This document shows, in pieces, positions 38,501-49,249 of a stretch of 64,000 nucleotides of DNA; position 1 is the stretch's first letter; each line of letters starts with the position of its first letter. The translations under genes and the position numbers were made by a program. This stretch comes from Nymphaea colorata. Lineage: Eukaryota. The notes beneath the pieces are model-generated. The model searched no databases, was not told where the DNA came from, and saw only the letters and a list, made by a program, of their open reading frames with translations. Where the stretch lies: positions 9,920,001 to 9,984,000 of the forward strand of contig NC_045138.2 in NCBI RefSeq assembly GCF_008831285.2, read 5' to 3'.

Positions 38501-40067
38501 ACTGCCATGCAGGATCCGACATTATATCTTCACAAAACAAGTAAAAACATACAAATAAATGTAGGAAATAAGACAAACGAACGATTCAATGGCAAAAATG
38601 ACTTATTTCTTATCTTCGTGGTGTTAAAAACCAAAAAACCCTCTTTCTCCAAGCTTCCCACCGTCCCAAGACTCCCCACAACGAGAAAGGAAGCTTCTTC
38701 ACCGGCAAATCTTGATGCAATGGAGAAAATCTCTCCCTCCCACGCCTCTAGCAGCGTTGAGAAACAAGAAAAGAGAGAGAGAGGAGCGTCCGTTTCAAAA
38801 TAAGACGCAAAAAAAGGGGCCCTCGGGCCCCTTTTTTAATTTCACCCCCATATCGTGCGATACGGGGGTGTATCGCACGATACGTACGATACGCGTACGA
38901 TACGTACGCGTATCGTATTTAAATAGTGGATCGTATAGGTTTTCTTAACCTATACGATACGTATCGTACGATACGCGTCCGTATCGTACGATACAGATAA
39001 CATTGGTTTAATCAACTAAACTAACAAAGTCAAATAATGGAACTCTGCCATTTCAAGAAACACATGAATACTAAATAAATTTTTTTGCTTGTTCTCAATA
39101 TTCAAACTACATTTGTAAAAACTAAAAAGTGTAAAATATCATTAGAAAGTTAACTAGCACTAAAATTATTGAGGATCTACTACCTCTTCTGCTAAAAGAA
39201 ATGTAATTTGCAGAGATGGATACAACATAAATTGCCTGTGTTTGCCTTCCATAGGACGTTTGCGTTCAGGTGGTCCTTATCATGGAGGTGTTCAAGGTGC
39301 TCGTGTGGCAATTGTTCGAAGCCCCACATATCAACAACCCGTTCCCTATGGATATCAACAAGGATATGCATATCCTTCATATGGGTAGATATTATATGTG
39401 CTTAATTGATATTGAAAATTTCTAATTTCACCGCAACTATCTCAATATAATAATCTTGATGGGATTTTTGTGCAGGTATGCATATGGACCTGAATATCTT
39501 TATGCACAGGTTGGTAGTTCCATTGTAAATTTTACTACCTAACAGTGATGCATGGTACCAACCTCCACTGGATAGTAACTATACTTTTGGTGTTTATTTC
39601 ACAGAATATATATCCTTATATGGGGCATCCATATCTTCCTTTATATGGGGCACCTGGTACATTCAATGCCCCCGTTTACCCAGTCTCACAGTTGAGTCAC
39701 CAACTTCCTGGTGGACATAGTTATGCTGCAGTTCAGGGATATGCAGTTCCTGGCCACCAAGTCATACAATTGAGTGGCCCAAATGTCAATGGAGTGACTA
39801 CGTCACCTGTGCCTGCAATTCCAGCACCATTTCCTGCAGGTAAGTGATTCTTCATTCTATCATTATTGATGTTTTGCCTTCTGGTCACATAGCATCTGCT
39901 CGTTATTGATATCAAGTCGTCATGTGATTAAATAACTGTAACATGCCATGTTTGAAACTCCAGGTATAGCATCACCACTTCCAGCAGGGCAGCCACATTT
40001 TTTGGTTCCTGCACATTCCCCACAATTTACTCAAGGTACCAGTGGTTCGGACCAGACAGCAAGTTAA
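20462..40067 (+). CDS. RRM RNA-binding protein, RBM38/RBM24/SUP-12 (plant ARP1-like) family, 285 aa; join(20462-20692,20870-20993,39255-39384,39476-39509,39605-39839,39964-40067)
   Basis: [16 protein letters not shown] (RNP2), [10 protein letters not shown] (RNP1), [18 protein letters not shown]-rich C-terminus; all introns GT-AG with consistent phases (0,1,2,0,1); total 858 nt ending in TAA. Confidence 0.92.
20870..20993 (+). CDS. RRM gene coding exon 2
   Basis: [44 protein letters not shown](G)|GTGAGT. Confidence 0.95.
22740..26300 (-). mobile_element. Old hAT transposon relic (BED/DUF659/hATC-type transposase pseudogene) with nested MITE
   Basis: [38 protein letters not shown]...TRKRRG and a decayed BED region are collinear with the 35572-39005 transposase; similar A-rich subterminal tract; boundaries approximate. 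Confidence 0.85.
24809..25336 (+). mobile_element. Non-autonomous hAT element (MITE, 528 bp) related to 35572-39005
   Basis: TIRs CAGTGTTATA / TACAACATTG; perfect 8-bp TSD GTCTAACC (24801-24808, 25337-25344); CGTATCGTA/GATACG subterminal motifs; orientation opposite to the full-length copy. Confidence 0.93.
26700..27105 (-). repeat. 3' LTR of copia-2 (406 bp)
   Basis: Matches 31617-31930 with about 3 mismatches plus a ~92-bp extra segment. Confidence 0.96.
26845..26942 (-). promoter_or_regulatory. LTR U3 promoter: palindrome with MSA-consensus motifs plus TATAAATA
   Basis: CCCAACGGCTA (rc 26881-26891), GCCAACGGCTA (26928-26938), TATAAATA (rc 26845-26852). Confidence 0.6.
27119..31406 (-). 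pseudogene. copia-2 gag-pol polyprotein; 1374-codon open stretch 27192-31316, with a TGA at codon 10 and a frameshift near 27220
   Basis: [68 protein letters not shown]; true C-terminus [16 protein letters not shown]...VIAP* lies in another frame. Confidence 0.95.
31617..31930 (-). repeat. 5' LTR of copia-2 (314 bp, U3 deletion)
   Basis: Adjacent to the PBS; lacks the equivalent of ~26859-26950. Confidence 0.96.
32501..32530. repeat. (GA)n microsatellite
   Basis: Direct reading. Confidence 0.9.
32873..33485 (-). mobile_element. Decayed non-autonomous hAT derivative of the same family
   Basis: Left ~250 bp is collinear with 35572-35800 (TAATGTTG start, CCTATACGC.TATCGT.AACGTA, A-rich tract); CGTATC motifs and CATTG at the right end; no TSD found. 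Confidence 0.65.
35572..39005 (-). mobile_element. Full-length hAT DNA transposon (3434 bp)
   Basis: Perfect 10-bp TIR CAATGTTATC/GATAACATTG; perfect 8-bp TSD GTTTAATC (35564-35571, 39006-39013); dense CGTATCG subterminal repeats. Confidence 0.97.
36004..38522 (-). pseudogene. hAT transposase (zf-BED, DUF659/RNase H-like, hATC dimerisation); one in-frame TAA at 37941-37943; introns 36563-36667 and 36278-36357
   Basis: MSDPAWQWC...KCNYC...[37 protein letters not shown]; frame continues across the stop (TM*SKDIV...[11 protein letters not shown]); GT-AG introns with matching phase. Confidence 0.93.
39255..39384 (+). CDS. RRM gene coding exon 3
   Basis: TAG|(G)[16 protein letters not shown]...YPSY(G)|GTAGAT; phase matches exon 2. 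Confidence 0.88.
39476..39509 (+). CDS. RRM gene coding exon 4 (34-nt micro-exon)
   Basis: [23 protein letters not shown]; restores phase between exons 3 and 5. Confidence 0.87.
39605..39839 (+). CDS. RRM gene coding exon 5
   Basis: [19 protein letters not shown]...PAPFPA(G)|GTAAGT. Confidence 0.9.
39964..40067 (+). CDS. RRM gene coding exon 6
   Basis: [37 protein letters not shown]. Confidence 0.9.
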
Positions 40068-40099
40068 AAGTAGCAAGGAGATGAATTCAACTTATTGAG

Positions 40100-40196
40100 G
40101 TATGTTTGACTACATTTTTGTAGTTTTTGCTGAAGATTATCTATGCCTGGTGCCAGGTTTAGTTTTAAACACAGTTATTCTATGTCATTATTACAG
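40100..40196 (+). other. Putative 3'-UTR intron of the RRM gene
   Basis: GAG|GTATGT ... T-rich ... TTACAG|, 97 nt, starting 32 nt after the stop codon. Confidence 0.6.
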
Positions 40197-43100
40197 ATTT
40201 CCTTAGATTGCAGCAGGACTAAGAACAGCAGTACTGCTACTCGAGTGGCGGGCTACAAATCTAGCCTTGCAAGTTATCAACTTTGCATTCTAGAGGTGAT
40301 TAGTCCTGTGTCCTTGAACCATGCATTGCAGCATCTTTCATATTATGATGATGTATGTTTTAGGTCTTTCGTGATTTTAAGTTCTATTTAGACTTAAAAG
40401 TTGTGGAAAGGTTTGTGATAATTTATGGTGAATGTACAACTTGAAAAGAAATTAGTGCAGGGGAATATGAATGATATTGACCTGAAGTCATCAGTCTGGA
40501 TAGGAGTGGTCAGTCTAGATGGGAGTGGTAAAAGCCAAATCTCAGATAGGGCTTGAAGTGGAGAACTAGGGCTGGTAAACCCACAGTTCGGATAGGGTTT
40601 GATCATGATGATAATGACCATATCACCACCATCTATGTTGAACTTCCTAAATGTTGTAAATTTCCTTGATGAATGGAGAGTTAGGAATGGTAAAGCCAAA
40701 GTTCTGATACGGCTTGATCATGATGATAATGATCATTATCACCACTGCCTTTATTGTGCCTCCTAAATTTTGTAGAATTCACATTCTTAATGTCCATAAA
40801 TGAGAGGGGAATATGCAGTTAGCATGTGGCCTTATTACCATGTAATGATGTTTCCATTCCAGTGGCATCGTTTGTCTAGTTAGAGCAAGAAGTTTTGTTT
40901 TGTAAAAGAGCGGACATTCTAACTTGGAACAGTTGCTTGTTGGTTACTACACTTGGTATTTTTCGTTTTATGTCAACTACTGTTGGGTGAAGCTGTGATT
41001 GATATTTTAATTCTGGTATAACGAGCATTTACAACCCTTATTGTTCGCTAGTTGCCTTCATGTGCAAGATCGTTTATGTAGGCTAACAATCCATGCTATC
41101 TATTTGTAGGAACTGAAATTTTTGGCTGCCTTTTAATGTTACCGCAGGTCATCCATAGTTGTCAGGGTCACCAGGAGATGAGTCTGCTTTACTGCTGTCT
41201 GGTCATATTCCTTCGATTGTTGGGGCAAAATAGATACACAGGATCATACATGTTAGTCATTCTGTTGGTGTCTGTTAGTTCCAGTTTTGTGATTCTCTAG
41301 ATCAAGTGTCGGGTTGAAGGTGGTGTGATGCCTGTCAGTCTCAAATTTGTCAAGGAATACCAGAGGTGCACATATACAAGAAGGTAAATCCTTTTTTTTG
41401 TCTTGTGACACAGATTGTTTGTAAAGGCTGAGAGACGTTTCTCAGTGGGTTGGGTCTGTCTCGGGATACTGTGAGATGCTGCTGTATATTCATCTCATGG
41501 TTGGTCATTGTTGATAGTAGAAGTCTAGTAATTCGCCGTCACCTTTTGGTATGTTGTATGGAGTCATTTGGTTTTCATCCAATGTTAAAACCAACGGTTT
41601 TAGTAACTATTCTGGTTGTGCTGATGTAAATTCCATTAGCCTTTATGGGATTGTGTATGCATGAATGTAATTATAAGTCGTCACTTAACTAGCTGTGTTC
41701 GGCTTCTTTGTTAGTTTAAATATCTAAATTCCTATCTGCTTTCTAATTGTGCATGTGATTATGTCAGATATACTCAACAGCGATATATAGCGCGTGGTCT
41801 GATTCTCACGTATCATCTAAACTATGGGGGAAGAATCCAAGAAAACTATAGAATGATTTTAATAAGAAAAAATGACAAAAAATTTGTTCGTACCAAGAAA
41901 TTGAAACTTAATGAAATGCATGCATATCAAATGGTTAACCTTTTTAAGTTAACATGTTAAAATAATCACTGGCTTGCTACAATTGGTTTCAATCAAAATC
42001 GAGGTGCAATTTGCGGACGTTTCTTTCCTCATTTTTTGTTACAGGGACAATGTTGCACTTTCTGTGTTGCGGTGTTCAAAATTTGTTCGTGGGGGTCTCT
42101 AATCAAAATCGAATGTTCCCATTTGTTCTAGTATTAATCTTTGACTCCAACTGAAGGATATCTCAAAAATCCTATGAATAGGTAAACTAAAAGGTATTTC
42201 AAATATACAAGCATGTTTGAACATTTAAATTTATTATACTAATAAATTTTCCTTGTTTCTTTGTTGGTACAATTCAGTAGCTTGTCATTTAAGAATCTTG
42301 TGAACCTCTTCGATGGAAACTATTATTCTAAGTTCATTTTTTCCGTTTATCTGTAATTGTTTCCCTCAAACAGTATCTTATTAATTTAAGCAATTATAAC
42401 TAAAATCGTTTATATTAAATTCAAAAATAACGTATCAAACAATTTATTGCCTTTTTAGTATCTCAAACTGGTCAATCTAAAACTAAAGATCTGTCCTAAG
42501 CAAATTAAGTTTACAATATGTTGGCAACAAGGTGGAGATCAGAGAGGGAACAAAATGGATTTTAAAGATTGTGTTAGGTCAGAATCAAATGGGATACAAT
42601 AGGAAAAAAAACAAAAACTTCAAATCAGATCCAGGCCATTTACAGATTTGTACTCCGAGATGGACACAATGTATATCGTTTCATTGATGGCAGTCCGACT
42701 TGAAATCTTGTAAAGATTTGGAGATGCTGCACTTATAATGGTGCTTTTCCTTTGTTCTCGGATCGGCACAGTTGAAAATTTTTTGATCTGATAATTTAAT
42801 ATTCGATTCCCATGGTTTCATATACATGCCTGTGAAACACAATCTAAAATTGCCTTAAGCCCAAGTAGGACGGGCTCCACATGCATCAAGTGCAAAGGAT
42901 GATATGGAAATAATTTATGGATCTCATATAACTTGGTTAAATTTGAAATAAAAGGTGCTTTTATTTCCCTCTCGAGATCTAACCTAACGGTCCTAACCTG
43001 AGATTCCCAACTTTGGATCGGACGTTTATCTGATCTTCAGTTCAGTCAGGTCTTTTATATAACACAAAAACCAACCCCAAAGAACTTTGATTTTGGCATA

Positions 43101-43880
43101 GATCTCTAGTCAAATCACAAAATTCTGCAGCGTCAGTACTCAAACTTAAAATGTAAGGCTTTCAAATTCAGTTATCTAAAGTTCTGTCATTAGATTCTAT
43201 CAAAAGCCAAAGTTCTACTAAATCCCAAAGTATGTAAATATCACTTTGGTTAATAGCCATTTTTGCATTGAATCTTTCCATTTTTGGAGGGATTGAAATT
43301 ACACTATGAAATCATTTCCTTTCCCCTGCATCCAAAACATGTTTTGTTCTTTTCTTCTTCTTTCCTTCCTCTAGGAAAATGTCGAGACTTGAAAAGAACT
43401 CCAGCTGCTGAATATCCTTTTAGCATATTACATTAAGGAACCCGTTCAATTATTACTTTTGCAGATACAAAGGGATGCAACTGTCAACTTTAAACACAAG
43501 CAAAATTCAAAAGGAGAGACAAAAATTGAAAATCTTTCATGCGTTTAATTTATTCAAATGACAGCTAACAATTTAGATGTGTTACTGCCTTTAACAAGGA
43601 GTTTCTTAGTCACATCCATACATTCTAGCCTCCTAGTTCATCTTCATAGTTCTTTTCGTTTTGGTTTATGTATGATAACCTCAAATTGCTATGGTTGCGC
43701 ACTTAAATAATATAGTACTCAATTTGTATAATAAGAAACAACAATACTTGTACTGACTAAAGTACATCATGATAATACAAACCGTAGCCTACATTATAAC
43801 TTTTGATTTTTATTTTCTATGCTTTTCTGATGTGATCTTATGAGGACATAGGCAAGCATCAGAGCTCGTTTTGACAACCC

Positions 43881-44012
43881 TTAGATTTTGTTCCTTATCA
43901 AAGGAAACCATGCATTAATCAAAAGAAGATTGTTTACACCAACATGTTAGATTTTGTTCCTTATCAAAGGAAACCATGCATTAATCAAAAGAAGACTGTT
44001 TACACCAACATG
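43881..44012. repeat. 66-bp tandem duplication (1 mismatch)
   Basis: TTAGATTTTG...CCAACATG twice. Confidence 0.95.
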
Positions 44013-44440
44013 GATTTTGTGATTCTCAATTATTAATAAATCATTATAAGTTGTAAGGTTGTGGTAGTTTGGTTCTAGTTTTTCCAGCTCCGTAGAGACT
44101 GTATCTTGGCAACACATCGTATTTGAGTTTAATCTGCCATGTGTGGAAGTTATCTTCACCAATTAATGACGATGACATAGTTCATATTATCACATGCTTT
44201 CCTATCACTTCCAGTGAAAAGTTGCTGAGAGAGGCTCCGTAACTCTACTGCAAATGATTTAGCTGTACAAACGGATACAAGGGAAAAGCCAAGGAATGCA
44301 GGGCATCATTAGACAGTCAGACCCTTGGCGGACCAAGACACAATCGCCCTTAACTATCAAGAAAGTCACTATTTACCATAGGTGCCTATGCCTCCGATTC
44401 TGGGATTATCCCAGCTCATAAGCGTTGTCCAGCTCTCTAC

Positions 44441-44600
44441 TGTTAGTTTATACGCAAGTACATGCATATATATGTATACGTGTATGTTTCAACATACATA
44501 ATATATGTATATATATCTACACACACACACATATATATATATATAACACATAATCCAATATATTGCAGTCCTATCTACTTAATATACATAAGTATATGTG

Positions 44601-44690
<90 letters not shown>

Positions 44691-47600
44691 CACATATACT
44701 TATGTATATTAAGTAGATAGGACTGCAATATATTGGATGTTTGTGTTTTTTTTTTCTAGCTGTTGGAAAGTTCTTAGAATTTTTATGTATACCAAATTAA
44801 AAATTTTCAAAACTATAAGCATATTCTATATTCTTCCCAAATTGTGAGGAGGCCACATGGCCCTGCCAGCCCCCGTTCACTCCACCAATTAGTCTAACAT
44901 CAATGTTATGGTTTTTAAAGTCAGTTTTGTTTGATTGCTTTGTATGAATAATATTCAGTTTTCATTGAGAATTGTTCTCCTCAATATACTTGTATGAGAA
45001 GATTCTTTTGGTGATTGGTACAATTAACATGGTATCAGAGCCAGGGGCTTTATTCGATCTGATTTTCTCTTGTTTCTCCAAGCTGACTTGAAGTTTTTGC
45101 TTACCAATTGTTTAGTGAATTTACTATTCGAAGTTCTGTCGTTGTTTTTATGTCTTGCTAGAAATTTTTTGGTTGTTGGTGCTTGCTGTTATGGCGAACA
45201 ATAATCTAATCAATATTTATTGAAGAAATCGATATTTAAGCTTACGCTTCTGCCTACTAACTTTCAATCGTTGGATTAGAAGGAGTGAGGGGATTCACAT
45301 TGGCAATTGGACTTCATAGCTTGATTAATTTTGCAGCTGAATTTGCTCCAAAACCTATAAGTTCATCAACTTTTTTGCTGTCTTCAGATTAGTTGTAGGT
45401 AATATGGATGAGAAAGTCTCTACAATTACCTTTCTAAAACTCACTTCTACTAATTATGCTCAATAGGTTAGAACCATGAAGCTTTTGATTAGATGTAAGA
45501 GTCTTTGGGGATTAGTTAATGGGACCAAAATAGAACCTCAACTAATATTGACTAAAGTGCTTGATGGTAAGGCCCAAAAATTAGAAGATAGTGAATAAGA
45601 GAAAGTTATAGCTGACTATGAAAAGAAATGAGATGAATGGAAATTTTCCATCACAAAATTATTAATTGGATCCTAACTTGTACGCATAATGCAAACAGAG
45701 GACAAATTCATGAACTCAACCATGCTGATGAAGCATGAGATTTTTTGAAAAGACCCATACAATGAAGGACATGGCCTATATTTGCAATATCCAAGTTAAA
45801 ATTACTAATATTCAATAAAGGAGATGAAATTATTAAGGAGTATGTTGCCGAGATGGATCAATTATGAGATGACATGGCTACATTTGAACCAAATTGGGTG
45901 GACCTGCATGATGTGGTCCTAAGAGAAACAAATTCGAAGGAAAAGGTATAAATTTGTTACTGATTTGAAGCCAAAAATTAATGATTTAATGACCTCCTTA
46001 CTTCATTGATTCAAAGTTCTTTTTTTGAATAAAGCCATTATTGAATTACAAATGGAGGAAAACCATCTTAAATTTTATAAAGAAAAAAGTAGTAATACTC
46101 TTGCAACTTCACGTCTTGGATCTCATGTGAGAGCATATATACCATCACACTTCAACAAGACAAGTGAACAAGGAACTATCCATTGCTGGAGGAAGGACAC
46201 ACAAAACTTGAGTATCCAAAATTAAAGAAGTTTGGAAAAACAGGAGGAAGTGTTGGAACCATGAATAAAGAAAGCAATAATGAATCATCATTAGACCTTG
46301 ATAAATTGGTTAGTACTTTTTAACCTAAGTTCTTGGATGCACTTGGGGAAAATAACAAATATTAGGAGCCCATAGTTGCATTCATGGCCTCGAGTAAGTA
46401 TCCTTGGATTATTGACTCGGAATGGTCCCTTTCTTACTAAATGCACCAATAATAATTCTTGCTCTTTTGTGAAAAATGCCGATAGAACACATCTTCCTAT
46501 TGACTTCATTGAAAATATTGATTAAAAAAATTTTAAAGTACCAAAAGTAAGACGTATTCCCAAATTAAACATTAATCTCTTATATATTTTTTCACATAGC
46601 TGATCATGGTTGTGACATAACCTTCTTACAAATTAAATGTTTAATATAGGACCAAGCTTCCAAGAAGATAATTGGGGAAGATATGGAAAAGATAATCTAT
46701 ATTACATGGATTATTTGGACGTGTCCAAACCTTTTTACAGTCTAGTTAAGAAAACCCGATGTAAATCTTTATCATCAAAGATTAGGGCATTCAAACTTTG
46801 GAAAAATATCATGTATCTTCTTTTTGAAAGTAAAAAAATGTCACATATGATTGTATTAAAGTGAACATGACTCATTACATGTCAATCAAAAAACTTTTTT
46901 TTCACAAACTCCTTTTGAATTGATACATTCGAATGTATGGGAGCTCTATCCCGTTAGTCAAAAAAAAAAAAGGTGGGGGGGGGGGGGGGGTTGTTTGATT
47001 ATGTAATATTTATAGATGGTTTCCTTCACTTTACGTTTTTTTTTTACAATATGATCAAAATTCAATTTGATACTAAGATAAAAACCACATGACAACCACA
47101 ACGATTTGTTTCTTATGATCTTTTTTTCCTTAGTTTAGGGTTTGCCTTCTAACTGTGCATTCCTATGAAGAGCTTGCATTATTTGTAGAAGTTCAAAGCC
47201 AACGTAACTGGATTGATGCCATAAAAGTGAACTTGATGTCCTTGAAAAATATATGACCTGGGAAATAACAAGTTTATCCATAGAAAAATGACTATAGGTT
47301 GCAGATGGGACTACAAAGTGAAAAATAAAATGATAGATCACTTGAAAGGTATGATGCTAGATTAGCGGCCAAATGGTATACCCAAAAGTATGGTATAGAC
47401 TATGATGAAACATTTTCATCTATTGCTAGGATGACCTCTATTAAAATGTTAATTGCAGTTGCATCCATTAAAAATTGGCTCATTTTTTAGATGGATGTCA
47501 ATAATGGTTTTTTTAATAGTAATCTCAGTGAAAAAATCTACATGAATGCTCCACCTTGTTATGAAATACCTAAAGGTAAGGTTTTTAGACTTCAAAAAAA

Positions 47601-49105
47601 CTTTCTATGGCCTAAAGTAGGCTTCTAAGACATGGTATGGCAGATTTAACAAAGTAAAGCTTGGTCAAGAGCTGGATCTTGTTACCCTGATATAACTATG
47701 TTCATTAAAAATGCTTTTGCTGGTAAAATTATATTACTATTGTACGTTAATGAAAAGTGATGATCAGAGCATTAGACGTGCCAAATGTTTTTCAAAAAAT
47801 GAGTTTGAAATAACTGACTTGGGGTTTCTTATTTTTTTGGGTATTAAAGTTGCACATATCAAAAGATATTACCTACTTTCATAAATCAAATTTGTAAATG
47901 ACTTGATAGATACGTCTGGACTAACATATGATGAAATTGTGAAACACATGAAGCACTGGCGGTAAGATAAAATCAACTGATGGTGAACCATTAGAGAACC
48001 CTACTCCATATTGACAGCTGATTGGAGGCTTGACCTACGTGTCTATAAATAAGTCTAACATAGCGCATGTTGTTCACATTGCGAGTTAGTTTTAATAGGC
48101 ACAAAACATCTGAACATATGGGAGTAGTTATAAGGATCATTAGATATATTAGAATACCACAAATACAGAGTTGTGTTTATCCTTCTCTTCCTACCTTAAT
48201 ATTATTGTTTATATATTGATGTTGATTGGGGTGGAGAACCAAAAAATAGACATTCCACCATTGGTTTCTATGTAATTTTAGGTAAATCAATGATCTTGTG
48301 GCAATTCAAGAAACGTATTAAAATCTCACTATCACCTACTGAAGCAAAATATCAGGCTATAGTTACTAAAAGTATGGAAATTGTGTGGCTGAAGAGTTTG
48401 TTGAAAGATATAGGAGTTCACATTTAAGAAGCCATTAGATTATGTTGGGATAAGAAAAGCACAATCTACATTCCTAGTGATCATACATTAACTGGCCAAC
48501 ACATAGAGATGCATTGTGACATTGTTTGAGAAGATATAATATCTACAGAAGAATGTTAAGTTGTCCTTCATTTACTCAAAATATCAAATTGAAGATTTTT
48601 TTTAACAAAATATTAGGGTCAAACAAATTTTAGTTTCTTCTAGGCAAACTTGTGGTGCTATCACCGTAAGTTTGAGGGAGGTGGTAGTTTATATGTAAGT
48701 ACATACATATATACATTTGTATATATGTTTCAACAACATCACTGCATTTAAGTGTTTGCATGTATGCATATGTATTTATGTACATATGACTACAATATAT
48801 TGTGTTTTTTATATTTTTCTTGGGATATTTTTATTTTTCTGTTTTTACTTTTTACTTTTCTTTTTTGTATGTTTCTAGCAGTATTGAAAAGTTCCAATGC
48901 CTAGTTTTCTAGCTATTAGAATTCAGTCCAATAGCTAGTTTCTGTCTCTTTTGTCTTTCTCTATAAATTTTGTATTAGTGTAAGATCAATATTGTGGCTT
49001 GTGAAGCCCATTTTGTATGAACAATATTCCGTTTTAATTATAAATTATTTTCCTCAATATACTTGAGTTTGATAAGACTTTTTGGTGACTTGGGTATAAT
49101 TAACA
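44441..49105 (+). mobile_element. Ty1/copia (copia-3), old, heavily decayed, integrase largely deleted
   Basis: LTRs 44441-45029 and 48682-49105; PBS 45030-45042; PPT GAGGGAGG before 48682; TSD TCTAC/TTTAC; gag, RT and RNase H remnants; pol end ...CACCGTAAGTTT shared with copia-2. Confidence 0.9.
44553..44738. repeat. Perfect 186-bp palindrome centred on a (TA)n tract
   Basis: ATCCAATATATTGCAGTCC...GTGTT(AT)nAACAC...GGACTGCAATATATTGGAT; coordinates pair symmetrically. Confidence 0.95.
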
Positions 49106-49249
49106 TTTACATGAAAACAACAACTTCTCAATTGCTAGTGAAGCCTCCATTCAGTAGTTTAGAATTCTACCTCTTTCCTTCTCAATCTCCTTTAATCTCT
49201 CCTTCTTTTCCCCTCACCCATTCTCTCAACTTCTTCTATCAATTTGTGT

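Noticed and set aside
36354..38576. Domesticated hAT (SLEEPER-like) host gene
   Set aside because: Intact TIRs, perfect TSD, subterminal repeats and a nonsense codon indicate a recent transposon rather than a domesticated gene.
38810..38837. Rho-independent terminator-like hairpin
   Set aside because: Eukaryotic transposon context; not called a terminator, kept only as a structural finding.
38850..39000. CRISPR-like or iteron-like short repeats (CGTATCGTACGATACG; also 24810-25030)
   Set aside because: No constant repeat with unique spacers; these are hAT subterminal transposase-binding motifs inside TIRs.
39545..39847. Stand-alone 100-aa ORF with hydrophobic N-terminus
   Set aside because: The N-terminal part is intron 4 read-through; the remainder is exon 5 of the RRM gene.
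46973..46990. Poly-G run as a G-quadruplex or PPT
   Set aside because: Homopolymer expansion at the 'KGG' codons of the decayed integrase; not adjacent to an LTR.
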